From positions 1 to 64,000 of the forward strand of contig JBEPVF010000001.1 of NCBI GenBank assembly GCA_041691135.1: DNA of 64,000 bases, read 5' to 3'. The notes beneath the pieces were generated by a model. That model did no database searches. It saw only the letters and a list, made by a program, of their open reading frames with translations, and was not told the origin of the DNA. The position numbers and the translations under genes are program-made. This document shows positions 26,023-35,790 of the stretch, in pieces. This DNA comes from Candidatus Peribacteria bacterium. Its GTDB lineage: Bacteria; Patescibacteriota; Gracilibacteria; Peribacterales; Peribacteraceae. Each line of letters opens with the position of its first letter. Position 1 is the stretch's first letter.

Positions 26023-29000
26023 ATGACCTCCCAATGCACTCTCTCCATCACCGGTATGCACTGCGCCAGTTGCAGTGCCCTCATCACTCGTAAGCTCAAG
26101 AAAACTGCTGGTGTGGAGGATGCGAACGTGAATCTCGCAACCTCAAAAGCAAGTGTTTGCTTTGATCCATCCATGGTGCACGAGCATGATCTTGTGGCGG
26201 CAGTAAAATCCGCTGGCTACGGTGCAGAGGTGCGAAGCGAGCATGACCATCACGGTGTAGAGTTAGACCGCAAACGACAAGAAGCAGAAATCACAGAATA
26301 CCGAAATAGGTTTCTTTGGGCGCTCATTTTGAGCCTGCCCTTGCTCGGCTTCATGATTCTGTCGTTCTTTCCGAGTCTGCCGTTCCATACGACTTTGATG
26401 CCGTATATGGGAATTATCTCGCTCATTCTCGCAACGCCCGTAGAGTTCTGGCTTGGCCGAGGGTATTTCAAAGGGTTCTGGTCGAGCATCCGTATGCTCT
26501 CGTTTGGGATGGATAGCCTTGTAGCTATCGGCACTCTCACGGCCTACCTCTACAGCGTCTATAACCTCGCCCGGCACGTTATCACGACTGGCACAGTTTT
26601 AGGTGAGATACCTGATCTGTATTTTGAAGTTGCCGCGCTGCTCATCACCTTTGTCCTGCTTGGAAAATGGATGGAGGCACGGGCAAAAGGACGAACGAGC
26701 GAGGCGATTCAGAAACTGATGAGTCTTCAGGCGAAAACTGCCAGAGTGCTCCGCGATGGGCAGACCGTGGATATTCCGATTGAGGAAGTGCAGATCGGCG
26801 ATACCGTACTTGTCCGTCCCGGTGAGAAAATCCCCGTCGATGGCTCTGTGCTCAAAGGGCTGACATCTATCGATGAATCAATGCTGACTGGCGAGAGTAT
26901 TCCAGTAGAGAAGAAAGAAGGTGATCGTGTGTTTGGCGCGACGATCAATGGCAATGGCTCTATTGAATTCAAAGCCGAAAGAATAGGAAGTGAAACAGCG
27001 CTTGCTCGTATTATTAAATTCGTAGAAGAAGCCCAAGGCTCCAAAGCGCCCATCCAAGACTTTGCGGATTGGGTGTCTTCATGGTTTGTCCCTGCCGTCA
27101 TCATCATTGCCATCGTCACGCTCATTGGCTGGCTCTTTGCCGGGGCTACAGTCACATTTGCTTTGCTTGCCGCCGTATCCGTCCTTGTCATTGCCTGTCC
27201 TTGTGCGCTCGGTCTTGCAACACCAACTGGCATCATGGTTGCGACCGGCAAGGGTGCTGAATATGGAATTCTTATTCGTGGCGGCGCGCCACTGGAAGCG
27301 GCAAACAAAATTAATGTCATTGTGTTCGATAAGACAGGCACGCTTACCAAGGGGAAACCCGAAGTGACCGATGCTCTCGGCCTGACTATGGATGGGATGG
27401 ACGCGTTGCGCATCGCGGCCAGCCTGGAGCAAGGCTCCGAGCACCCGCTGGCCGACTCCATTCTGAGACGCGCCAAGGAGCAGAATCTTGTCCTAAGCGA
27501 GGTCACGCAGTTTCAAGCCGTACCCGGGCGTGGTATCCAGGGCATTGTGGACGGCACAGAGTACTTCTTCGGAAATCGCAAGATGATCGAACGCCTGAAG
27601 GTGAGCATCGGAGAAAGGGAGGATTGGATCACGGCCATTGAAACGCAAGGGAAGACCGTGATGCTACTTTCCGATGCTACAAAGATCATCGGCATCGTCG
27701 CCGTGGCCGACACGATCAAAGACACCTCCAAAGAAGCGGTCAGCCAGCTCAAACACTTAGGCCTGCAGGTCTATATGATCACGGGCGATAATAAGCGAAC
27801 AGCAGAGGCTATTGCACGTCAGGCGGGCATTGAAAACATCCTTGCCGAAGTGCTGCCGGAACAAAAAGCCAGCGAGATAAAGAAGCTACAAGCCCAAGGA
27901 AAGAAAGTGGCTATGGTCGGTGACGGTATCAATGATAGCCCAGCGCTCGCGCAGGCAGAACTTGGCATTGCTATGGGCAGCGGCACGGATATTGCCATGG
28001 AGACCGGAGGCATCGTGCTTGTGCGGAATGATTTGCGCGACGTAGTGACGGCTATCCGGCTAAGCAAAGCAACAGTGAACAAAGTGAAGCAGAACCTATT
28101 CTTTGCCTTGTTCTACAACGTGATCGGTATCCCCATTGCCGCACGTCTCTTGATGCACTGGGGCATTGTGCTGCGACCAGAGCTGGCAGGGCTTGCCATG
28201 GCATTCAGCTCCGTTTCCGTTGTCACCAATTCACTCCTCCTCAAAGGTTTCCACCCGACACGTAGAAACTGGCTCTCGGATATCGCGCCATTCGTCATGA
28301 TCATCGGCTTTACGGCTGTCTTCTTTCTTTTCGCACAGATTAGCGGTGCTACACAAATGGTTCCTGCTACTAGTGAATCAGTTACGAATAGTGACCATTC
28401 GATGGTAAGCGGTGAGCATGGAATGGTCATGAAACCAGGAACACTCCATCTCACCGTACAGGAAGAACATGGAAATTCGCCTGATGACATCGCCTTCTCT
28501 ATTCATGAAGGAACCAGTGTCTTTGAAAATTATGGCATCAGTCATACACAGAAGATGCACTTCATTGTCGTACGCGACGACCTGCAATATTTCAGCCACC
28601 TGCATCCAACTATAGACAACCAAGGGATCTGGCATGCCGCTTTCACACCGAAAGCAGGTGGTACCTATTGGCTCTATGCGGACTTTGCAGATCAGCAAGG
28701 CGGCTCCTACTATCCGCGCTTTGAAAAGACCTTTGCAGGCGATAAGGGACGCTATGAAGTGGTGAAGAATTTCGCTATCTCGAAGACCGTTGACGGCTAT
28801 CTCATCAGCTACGAGCCAACTATTTCCGGCAATATTATGACATTTAAATACAGCATCCTTGATTCACATGGAACACCTGTAGCATTGGAGGATTATCTAG
28901 GAGCAAAAGGACATAGTATTTTACTTACGCAGAACGGAGACTTTATTCATACGCATACCGAAACAGATCCGCCGTCTTTCTCTACGACCGTTGCGCTAAA

Positions 29001-29076
29001 CACGTTCTACCGAATGTTCACACAGTTCCAGATTAATGGAAAAGTAGAAACAGTTGCTTTTGATTGGCAATCTTAA
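26023..29076 (+). CDS. copA: Cu(I)-translocating P1B-1 ATPase with a fused C-terminal His-rich domain
   Basis: GMHCASC, TGES, CPC, DKTGT, HP, GDGIND, YN and M..SS motifs. Confidence 0.93.
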   Translation: MTSQCTLSITGMHCASCSALITRKLKKTAGVEDANVNLATSKASVCFDPSMVHEHDLVAAVKSAGYGAEVRSEHDHHGVELDRKRQEAEITEYRNRFLWALILSLPLLGFMILSFFPSLPFHTTLMPYMGIISLILATPVEFWLGRGYFKGFWSSIRMLSFGMDSLVAIGTLTAYLYSVYNLARHVITTGTVLGEIPDLYFEVAALLITFVLLGKWMEARAKGRTSEAIQKLMSLQAKTARVLRDGQTVDIPIEEVQIGDTVLVRPGEKIPVDGSVLKGLTSIDESMLTGESIPVEKKEGDRVFGATINGNGSIEFKAERIGSETALARIIKFVEEAQGSKAPIQDFADWVSSWFVPAVIIIAIVTLIGWLFAGATVTFALLAAVSVLVIACPCALGLATPTGIMVATGKGAEYGILIRGGAPLEAANKINVIVFDKTGTLTKGKPEVTDALGLTMDGMDALRIAASLEQGSEHPLADSILRRAKEQNLVLSEVTQFQAVPGRGIQGIVDGTEYFFGNRKMIERLKVSIGEREDWITAIETQGKTVMLLSDATKIIGIVAVADTIKDTSKEAVSQLKHLGLQVYMITGDNKRTAEAIARQAGIENILAEVLPEQKASEIKKLQAQGKKVAMVGDGINDSPALAQAELGIAMGSGTDIAMETGGIVLVRNDLRDVVTAIRLSKATVNKVKQNLFFALFYNVIGIPIAARLLMHWGIVLRPELAGLAMAFSSVSVVTNSLLLKGFHPTRRNWLSDIAPFVMIIGFTAVFFLFAQISGATQMVPATSESVTNSDHSMVSGEHGMVMKPGTLHLTVQEEHGNSPDDIAFSIHEGTSVFENYGISHTQKMHFIVVRDDLQYFSHLHPTIDNQGIWHAAFTPKAGGTYWLYADFADQQGGSYYPRFEKTFAGDKGRYEVVKNFAISKTVDGYLISYEPTISGNIMTFKYSILDSHGTPVALEDYLGAKGHSILLTQNGDFIHTHTETDPPSFSTTVALNTFYRMFTQFQINGKVETVAFDWQS

Positions 29077-29168
29077 TCCACAATCTTTTACTAATTTTAT
29101 GCGCTCTTACGTGTCCAGATGCGGCGGTCGCGGCAAATGATGGAGAGGTAAGATACACTGTCAGCGGT

Positions 29169-29552
29169 ATGACACTACGCCCCATTGTTCTTACAGCCAT
29201 ACCCTTATTCATTCTTCACGCTGTGGAAGAGTATTTTACGAACTTCTACCATGTCGATGAGTCCTATCTGTGGGTAAGAAATACGATCCTACTGGGGATA
29301 AGCAACGATACCTTGGCGTTCGTGGCATATCAGACAGTGTTCATACTCTTGCTTCTCATAGCCTATGTCTTTGTGCAAAGGCAAAAGGTGGTTGCTGTTT
29401 TGATCGGTCTTGTTTTTGTCTTAGAGCTTAGTCATCTTTTCCTTGGTCTTATGGAAGGACGCTACTATCCCGGTCTAGTATCTTCTCTGCCACTCATAGG
29501 AGTCGGCTTTGTCTACTGGCATACTCTTCTCTACCGTAGCACTTCATCATGA
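29169..29552 (+). CDS. HXXEE-domain membrane protein
   Basis: LHAVEEY and Y.PGL motifs, four TM segments. Confidence 0.75.
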   Translation: MTLRPIVLTAIPLFILHAVEEYFTNFYHVDESYLWVRNTILLGISNDTLAFVAYQTVFILLLLIAYVFVQRQKVVAVLIGLVFVLELSHLFLGLMEGRYYPGLVSSLPLIGVGFVYWHTLLYRSTSS

Positions 29553-29668
29553 AATACATTTTTACTGTGCTATTCATGGGGGCAGTCTTCCTTACTGCTT
29601 GTTCTAGTTCTAACTCGGGATCCTCCTTCGGTGAACACATGCAGAGAGGCATAAGCCACATCAAATAG
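29549..29668 (+). CDS. small lipoprotein (39 aa)
   Basis: MKYIFTVLFMGAVFLTAC lipobox; ATGA overlap with the upstream gene. Confidence 0.45.
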   Translation: MKYIFTVLFMGAVFLTACSSSNSGSSFGEHMQRGISHIK

Positions 29669-29757
29669 CCGATAATACTGACAGCTCTTCCATCCGGTAC
29701 GGCGGCGCCATGGCACATGCGTGTCATTTTTAAAGGCTAGGTGATGCTCAATTACGT

Positions 29758-29850
29758 CTAAATAGCTAATCCTAAGAGGTTTGTCGCTTCTCGCAATCTA
29801 TCAAATGTCTCTGCTATTTCGGTTCGAGCGTCGTACAATTCTGACCACCA
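29758..29850 (-). pseudogene. stranded C-terminal segment of LSR-B (WWSELYDARTEIAETFDRLREATNLLGLAI*) within attR-B
   Basis: In frame with the LSR-B ...FEWW codons when joined at CCACCAT. Confidence 0.72.
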
Positions 29851-29910
29851 TCAATATAGCGAAAAAGCAGTAGCAACTTTCCGGAAATCTATAAAGAAAT
29901 AATAAATGAA

Positions 29911-29937
29911 ACCGTCCTGCTGCTAGAGCAGGACGGT
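29911..29937. terminator. strong hairpin, likely a bidirectional terminator (original tRNA-Tyr downstream region)
   Basis: ACCGTCCTGCT / AGCAGGACGGT 11-bp stem about 60 bp past attR-B. Confidence 0.7.
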
Positions 29938-29961
29938 CTCGCCTCTTCTCGTTCCAGAGGA

Positions 29962-30333
29962 TCACGCTACGGCAGTCTGCCAAGGTCGATCGATCATGTG
30001 CCAGACGATCAGGCAGATCACGGTCGTCGCCAGGCACGCGAGGCCGGGGAGCACTTCCATGATAGTGGGTTGATGAAGCCCCAGGGCCAATGCCGTGGTA
30101 GCCAGGCTGGCGATCAGGATCCCGTAAGGGGCTGTCGCCGCTGCAGTGATGAGTAATGCCCGTGGCAGAATACGTCGGCTCATGATGCACAATGACCAGA
30201 CGGCGAAGGCCAGGGCGGCAAGCGTGATGGCGGCGCTTTTTGGTTCCAGTGCGCAATTTTCCACTTGCATCCAGCCGAGCAGTTCCGCCATTGCCATACC
30301 TGCGGCCGCAATTCCGAACAACTCACGTCGCAT
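29962..30333 (-). CDS. membrane protein
   Basis: Hydrophobic 123-aa ORF with an AGGAGG RBS. Confidence 0.65.
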   Translation of the reverse strand: MRRELFGIAAAGMAMAELLGWMQVENCALEPKSAAITLAALAFAVWSLCIMSRRILPRALLITAAATAPYGILIASLATTALALGLHQPTIMEVLPGLACLATTVICLIVWHMIDRPWQTAVA

Positions 30334-30549
30334 AGATTCCTCCTACAGAGAAGTGACGATTGACCAATACCGGCGCGGCCGGCACCTTGGTCAAGGTTTA
30401 CGATAACACTATTTAGAATAATTGGTAGAGGCATAAACAGAAGCTGCCCCCCGGCAGCTTCGTGTTCTTCCCTATTCCCTTAATTGAATGTGAATATGAC
30501 TGTTAAGAAAGATCTGCCGTAAGTATACGTCGCGGATATTAAGAGGACC

Positions 30550-31749
30550 TTAAGAAGCTTTGTGCGAACCGGTAGACGAAAAATGCACAGTGAAGGTTGT
30601 GCCCTTCTTCTCTTGGCTCTGGACCGTCACCGTCCAGCCGTGCAGATCCACGATGCGTTTGACCAGCGAGAGGCCGAGGCCGAACCCTTCTTTGGAGCGG
30701 GAGGTGTCAGATTGATAGAATCGTTCGAAGACGCGGGGCAGATCTCCGCTGGCGATACCGATTCCCGTATCGGATACCGACAACGCATGTGCGTTCAGCG
30801 CCACGTGAACCGTGCCGTCGGCCTTATTGAACTTAATGGCATTGGAGATGAAGTTTTGGATCACTTGACGCAATAATGATGCATCGCCTTGGACGTGGAT
30901 ATCCGGCGCAATGGCCGTTTCGATGGCGACGCTTCGCTCGGCGGCGAGCGGCTGAAATTTTTTGACGGTCGACGATGCCAAATCCGACAAATTGACGGCA
31001 TTCATCTCGAGCGCAAACACATCCAGTCGCGCCAGCTCCAGCAGCCGGTCGACCAGGCTGGCGATCTCTTTCAAGTCATCTTTGGCTGACATGATTCCCT
31101 CACGATATTGTTTGGTTTTGAGTGCCACATCGAGTGACGATCCGAGGACGGCCAGCGGCGTGCGTAACTCATGGCTTGCATCCTGCGTGAACTGGTTCAA
31201 CCGCGCGAACATTTCTTCGGCCGGGTTCAGGCTGCGCTTGGCGAAATACCAGCCGACGAAATAGGTAAGCCCGGAAATAGCGATGCTGACGAGCAGATAG
31301 AGCAAGGCCCTCAGCGGTAAATCGCCCAGTCGCTGGCGGTCCACTTCGGCCAGTTGAATATAGCCCGTCACCTGTCCGCCGCCCAAAATGGCGCTGGTCA
31401 GGACGGTATAGTCATCGTTCTGCACGGTGAGATTCGACAGACCTTCGTGCTTGGTGAACGGTACATCCTCAAATACCCCGCCCGTATAAATGGCAGTGCC
31501 GCTGGCATCGGTCACGCGAACACGTTCGTTGAAGGATGGCGGCAGCGTCGGTCCGATGTCGAGCAGGTTATTGTGCGCATGATCGACGATGAGCTGGGCG
31601 TTGCGTGCCAGCCGGAACGACGTATCGTGACGGGCATTGCTGAAATCTGCCGCCAGGAACAACACTCCATTGACCAAAAATAACAAAAAAACGAAACCTG
31701 TGAACTGCAGTGCCAGGGAGCGGCTTATCTTTTTGAACATACAACCCAA
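30550..31749 (-). CDS. sensor histidine kinase
   Basis: DASHELRTPL, N.ISNAIKF, DTGIGI, FERFYQ, GFGLGL. Confidence 0.95.
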   Translation of the reverse strand: MGCMFKKISRSLALQFTGFVFLLFLVNGVLFLAADFSNARHDTSFRLARNAQLIVDHAHNNLLDIGPTLPPSFNERVRVTDASGTAIYTGGVFEDVPFTKHEGLSNLTVQNDDYTVLTSAILGGGQVTGYIQLAEVDRQRLGDLPLRALLYLLVSIAISGLTYFVGWYFAKRSLNPAEEMFARLNQFTQDASHELRTPLAVLGSSLDVALKTKQYREGIMSAKDDLKEIASLVDRLLELARLDVFALEMNAVNLSDLASSTVKKFQPLAAERSVAIETAIAPDIHVQGDASLLRQVIQNFISNAIKFNKADGTVHVALNAHALSVSDTGIGIASGDLPRVFERFYQSDTSRSKEGFGLGLSLVKRIVDLHGWTVTVQSQEKKGTTFTVHFSSTGSHKAS

Positions 31750-31751
31750 GG

Positions 31752-31830
31752 GGAAGCACGAAGCGCGAAATTTGGAATTCTAAAAATTTCCTCGGTCCTT
31801 CGAATTTCGCATTTCTGATTTCGGATTTCC
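31752..31830. repeat. heptamer-periodic palindromic repeat
   Basis: AAGCACG AAGCGCG AAATTTG GAATTCT ... TTCGAAT TTCGCAT TTCTGAT TTCGGAT. Confidence 0.65.
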
Positions 31831-31866
31831 ATAACTGAGGAAAGAAAGGGAAGAAACCGAGCAGGT

Positions 31867-32532
31867 TTAGGATTCCGCCTCGACCATATATCCTTTTCCC
31901 GGGACGGTACGAATGACATCCTTGCCGAGCTTACGCCGCAGATAGGCGATGTGCACGTCGACCGTTTGCGAGAACATCAGTTCGTCGCGTCCGCCCCATA
32001 CGTGTTCGATGATGCGCGAGCGTTCTTGTACGATACCTTTATTGTGCAAGAGAAAGGAAAGCAATGAATATTCCTTGGGCGACAGACTAATTACTTTCTT
32101 CCCTTTGCGCACTTCCTGTGTATTGGTATCCAGTGTGATGTTGCCAACACTCAGACGGGGATCTTTCTCCGTGCCGTTGCGCCGCAGAAGTGCACGGACA
32201 CGTGCCAGGAGTTCTTCCAGATCAAACGGCTTGGTGAGGTAATCGTCGGCGCCGATATTCAAGCCGTGCACCACTTCCTGCTGCTTGGTGCGTGCGGTGA
32301 GCATGAGGATCGGCATGTTCTTCTTGTGTTCACGCAACATCGAACAGATAACATAGCCATCCATGCCCGGCAAATTGATGTCCAGAATCAGGAGATCCAT
32401 ATCGATGGTCATGGCCTTCTCGAAGCCTTCTTTTCCATCGTGAGCGAGCGTGACCGCGTAATGCTCCAGTTCCAGAAACTGCTTGATGTTGTGGGCCAGT
32501 TTTTCCTGATCTTCGATAATAAGGATGTGCAT
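31867..32532 (-). CDS. OmpR-family response regulator
   Basis: ILIIED, LDINLPG.DG, GADDYLTKPF, VDVHIAYLRRKL. Confidence 0.96.
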   Translation of the reverse strand: MHILIIEDQEKLAHNIKQFLELEHYAVTLAHDGKEGFEKAMTIDMDLLILDINLPGMDGYVICSMLREHKKNMPILMLTARTKQQEVVHGLNIGADDYLTKPFDLEELLARVRALLRRNGTEKDPRLSVGNITLDTNTQEVRKGKKVISLSPKEYSLLSFLLHNKGIVQERSRIIEHVWGGRDELMFSQTVDVHIAYLRRKLGKDVIRTVPGKGYMVEAES

Positions 32533-32573
32533 GCGAGTGGGTAAATCTCTTCCTTCACTATAGGGTATCTGTA

Positions 32574-32643
32574 TTAAGGTCACATTAAGAAGAGAATCCA
32601 GCCTGGTATACAGATTTGCAAAATTGCCTTAATCTGCTCTTAA
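32574..32643. promoter_or_regulatory. two TTAAG-N6-TTAAG boxes in opposite orientation in the divergent promoter
   Basis: TTAAG at 32574 and 32585; CTTAA at 32628 and 32639. Confidence 0.55.
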
Positions 32644-32682
32644 TTTGCTTTCTCTATACTGGAAGATACTTTCCCCTCTCCT

Positions 32683-33036
32683 ATGAAAAAATTACATCCG
32701 ATGTCTTTTGGCCTGGGTTTCGCCTCCGGCCTCGTGGTTCTGGTCGTTGTCGTCGCTGCCATGCACATGATGAGCCCCCGCGGACCCAGAGGTTTTGCCG
32801 GCGGCTTCGGCGGAGGCACACAGAACGTCGGACGTATGGCGCAACGATTCGGTATGACGCAGGATGAACTGCAGAAAGAATTGGATAGCGGTAAAACCAT
32901 CCAGCAGGTTGCCACCGAACATGGTGTTCAGTTTGGCGGACGCGGACAGAATCCGTCTGCTGCAGGCAATGTAAATAGTGGGACAGGCAGTGCTGCCCAA
33001 AGTTCTTCCATTACGAGCACATCATCTCATTCATAG
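32683..33036 (+). CDS. membrane-anchored Gly-rich hypothetical protein
   Basis: N-terminal TM; MAQRFGMT.DELQKEL.SGKTI.Q.A.EHG. Confidence 0.7.
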   Translation: MKKLHPMSFGLGFASGLVVLVVVVAAMHMMSPRGPRGFAGGFGGGTQNVGRMAQRFGMTQDELQKELDSGKTIQQVATEHGVQFGGRGQNPSAAGNVNSGTGSAAQSSSITSTSSHS

Positions 33037-33051
33037 TTTTTCAATTTTTGT

Positions 33052-35109
33052 ATGACCACTTCTCCACGTCGTTTGCTTACATCTTTGATGACCAGATTCC
33101 GGTCTCTGCGAAGTCGTATTCTATGGCGCAGCTACCTTGCCGGTTTTTTGATCCCCGTCGTTCTAGGCAGCGGCTACATGGCCTTTGCGCAGGGCGGGAC
33201 AACTGGCCAAACGACAACGAGTACGTCGAGTGTGCAGCGCCGCACGCTTGAATCATCGGTAAAAGCGGTCGGCAAAGTGACCTATGCCAATGAACAACAG
33301 CTGCGTTTTAATCAGAAAGGAACGGTTGCCAAAGTGAGTTTTAAACTGGGCGATCACGTTAAGGCGGGTCAGGTTATTGCCGAACTCGACAAATCGAGCG
33401 TATCGGCCGACGTGCGCTCGGCGCAGTTGTCGGTAGGTGCTAGTGCTCTTCAATTGCAGCAATTGCAATCGCAGAAATCAACGGATCTGCTGAATGCGCA
33501 GAATGCTTTGAACGATACGCAGCGTCAACTGACGGCAGCGCAAAATGCACTCGCCGTATCACAGGAGCAATTGCCGACCGCATTGGCTCAGGCGCAACGT
33601 GCTGTCCAAGACAAGCAGTCTGCTCTGCAGCAGGCGCAACTCGATCTGGTCAAAGCCAAGACGACCGAAGTGCAGAGCCTCGCCATTACATCGCAATCGA
33701 TACTCGCCTCCTCTGACGGATTGCTCGATTCGATCTACAGCGTCGTGACGCGCAGCAAGGAATCGCGGCCAACGCAGTCGAACTACGAGCTGACAGTCGA
33801 TCACTTCATGTACAACGATCCGACGATGGCCCAGCAAGTGGTGTATGACTACCTCGATGCGGTGAATGCATCGCAGAAAATGCACACGCAGTACGGTACG
33901 TCTCTGGCCACCGAACAAGATGCGGCCAAGCTCGTGCAGGCATTGGACGACTCTCAGGATTTGGCACAGAAAATTTACAAACTCGGCGAAGATACTTACC
34001 AGATGATGCAAGGCGCCGCCACTGATACATCCATCTTCACGTCGGCTGATTTGAATTCCCTTCGTTCTACCATCACATCCGACCGGTCCAAGGCGACCGA
34101 TCTGGTGAGTCAAATCCAAACCGCGCAGGCGGACCTGACAGCAGTGTCATCGTCCGGCGGCATTCCGAGTGCGACGCTCAAGCAGAAGCAGGATGCGGTG
34201 ACAACGGCTCAGAACGCGTTCTCGCAGGCGTCCGAAAATTTGCAGGTCCTTCAGACCAAAAATCCGGCCGATCTGCAGGCGCAAATTTCAGCCCTCAAAA
34301 AAACGGAGGATGATCTGAAGGCTAAGGAGGCGGCGCTGGCCATGACGTCTTCGAATGACGATGTAAGCATTAGGCTGAAGCAGAACGATGTGGCGCAGAA
34401 ATCGACATCGCTGCAGAAAACAGCCAAGGTGCTGGCGGATTACCAGCTGACCGCTCCGTTCGACGGCGTGGTCACGCATATGGATTATAAAGTGGGCGAC
34501 AATCTGCTCGATACCACCGAAGATAAATTCGCGACGCTCGAGAATCCGGATTTCATCATCGTCACCATTCCGCTTGATCAAATGGATGTCGTGCGCGTGC
34601 AAAAAGATATGCCCGCCACCGTTATCTTTGATGCTGTTCCCGGACAAACGTTCGACGGTGTGATCGACGAAATCGATTCGACGCCGATGGAACAGTCGGG
34701 TGTCGTGTCGTACAACGTGTCCGTGAAATTACCGACACCCAAGAATCTGACACTGCTCTCGGGCATGACGGCGACGGTGCAAATACAGACAAGTAAGAAG
34801 GATAATGCATTGGTTGTGCCGAATCTCGCTCTGCGATATCAGGGCAGTACTGCGACCGTACAGTTGGCCAACGGACAACGCGTGGATGTCCAGACCGGCG
34901 TGACCGATGGTCAGTACACCGAGATCACATCAGGGTTGCAGGAGGGCCAGAGCGTCGTATCGATGAATTTGCCGACCGCTTCCGCGGGTGCCGGAAACAA
35001 TCAAAACGCAGCTCAGCAGCTGTTGCGCGGCGCGGGCGGATTCGGCGGAGGCGGAGGATTCACCGTGGGTACCAGGGCAGGCGGAGGTGGCGGTAACCGT
35101 ACTCCCTAA
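33052..35109 (+). CDS. efflux membrane-fusion (HlyD/MacA-like) protein
   Basis: G.V..V.FK.GD.VKAGQVIA.LD lipoyl half, long coiled coil, APFDGVV, GMTA. Confidence 0.9.
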   Translation: MTTSPRRLLTSLMTRFRSLRSRILWRSYLAGFLIPVVLGSGYMAFAQGGTTGQTTTSTSSVQRRTLESSVKAVGKVTYANEQQLRFNQKGTVAKVSFKLGDHVKAGQVIAELDKSSVSADVRSAQLSVGASALQLQQLQSQKSTDLLNAQNALNDTQRQLTAAQNALAVSQEQLPTALAQAQRAVQDKQSALQQAQLDLVKAKTTEVQSLAITSQSILASSDGLLDSIYSVVTRSKESRPTQSNYELTVDHFMYNDPTMAQQVVYDYLDAVNASQKMHTQYGTSLATEQDAAKLVQALDDSQDLAQKIYKLGEDTYQMMQGAATDTSIFTSADLNSLRSTITSDRSKATDLVSQIQTAQADLTAVSSSGGIPSATLKQKQDAVTTAQNAFSQASENLQVLQTKNPADLQAQISALKKTEDDLKAKEAALAMTSSNDDVSIRLKQNDVAQKSTSLQKTAKVLADYQLTAPFDGVVTHMDYKVGDNLLDTTEDKFATLENPDFIIVTIPLDQMDVVRVQKDMPATVIFDAVPGQTFDGVIDEIDSTPMEQSGVVSYNVSVKLPTPKNLTLLSGMTATVQIQTSKKDNALVVPNLALRYQGSTATVQLANGQRVDVQTGVTDGQYTEITSGLQEGQSVVSMNLPTASAGAGNNQNAAQQLLRGAGGFGGGGGFTVGTRAGGGGGNRTP

Positions 35110-35118
35110 TACTGCTTC

Positions 35119-35790
35119 ATGATCACGCTGCGCAACATCACCAAATCGTATCCGCTTGGCAAAGAGCAGCTCCTGATTCTGAAAGGTGTGAGCCTGACGA
35201 TCAACGCCGGTGAATTCGTGGCCATCATGGGACCGTCCGGATCGGGCAAATCCACACTGATGAACATCATCGGTCTGCTTGATACGCCGAGCGACGGTTC
35301 GTATCTGCTGGAAAAGAAAGAAGTGGCCAATCTGAGTGAAAATGAACAGGCCGATGTGCGCAGTCGCCGCATCGGATTCGTGTTTCAGTCATTCAATTTG
35401 CTGCCGCGAATGGATGCGCTGCGCCAGGTGATGCAGCCGATGTTGTATCAGGGCGTGCACCGCACCGATGCCGAGCGCCGGGCCCGCGAAGCCCTCCACG
35501 CGGTGGGTCTGAGCGAACGCATCTCGCACAATCCCAATGAACTGTCCGGCGGACAACAGCAGCGTGTTGCCATCGCGCGGGCACTGGGAACGAATCCGGC
35601 ACTCATCCTGGCCGATGAGCCGACCGGTGCCCTGGATACTCACACCGGGGAAGAAGTGATGGGCATTCTGCGCAATCTGAATGGCCATGGAAAAACAATC
35701 GTCATGGTCACGCATGAACCGCGCGTTGCTTCGTATGCCGATCGCGCCATTCATATCCAGGACGGACTCATTCAAACTGATCACTCATGA
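35119..35790 (+). CDS. MacB/LolD-type ABC ATP-binding protein
   Basis: [32 protein letters not shown]. Confidence 0.96.
   Translation: MITLRNITKSYPLGKEQLLILKGVSLTINAGEFVAIMGPSGSGKSTLMNIIGLLDTPSDGSYLLEKKEVANLSENEQADVRSRRIGFVFQSFNLLPRMDALRQVMQPMLYQGVHRTDAERRAREALHAVGLSERISHNPNELSGGQQQRVAIARALGTNPALILADEPTGALDTHTGEEVMGILRNLNGHGKTIVMVTHEPRVASYADRAIHIQDGLIQTDHS

Larger units (their letters stand above)
18164..29851. mobile_element. Island B: serine-integrase element (about 11.7 kb) at the CCA end of tRNA-Tyr
   Basis: CCACCAT direct repeat (18164-18170 / 29845-29851), in-frame integrase tail at the far end, GGTTCGAGC motif shifted by 5 bp. Confidence 0.8.

Noticed and set aside
2308-29851. Prophage or conjugative element
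   Set aside because: No recognisable capsid, portal, large terminase, tail, relaxase or T4SS genes.
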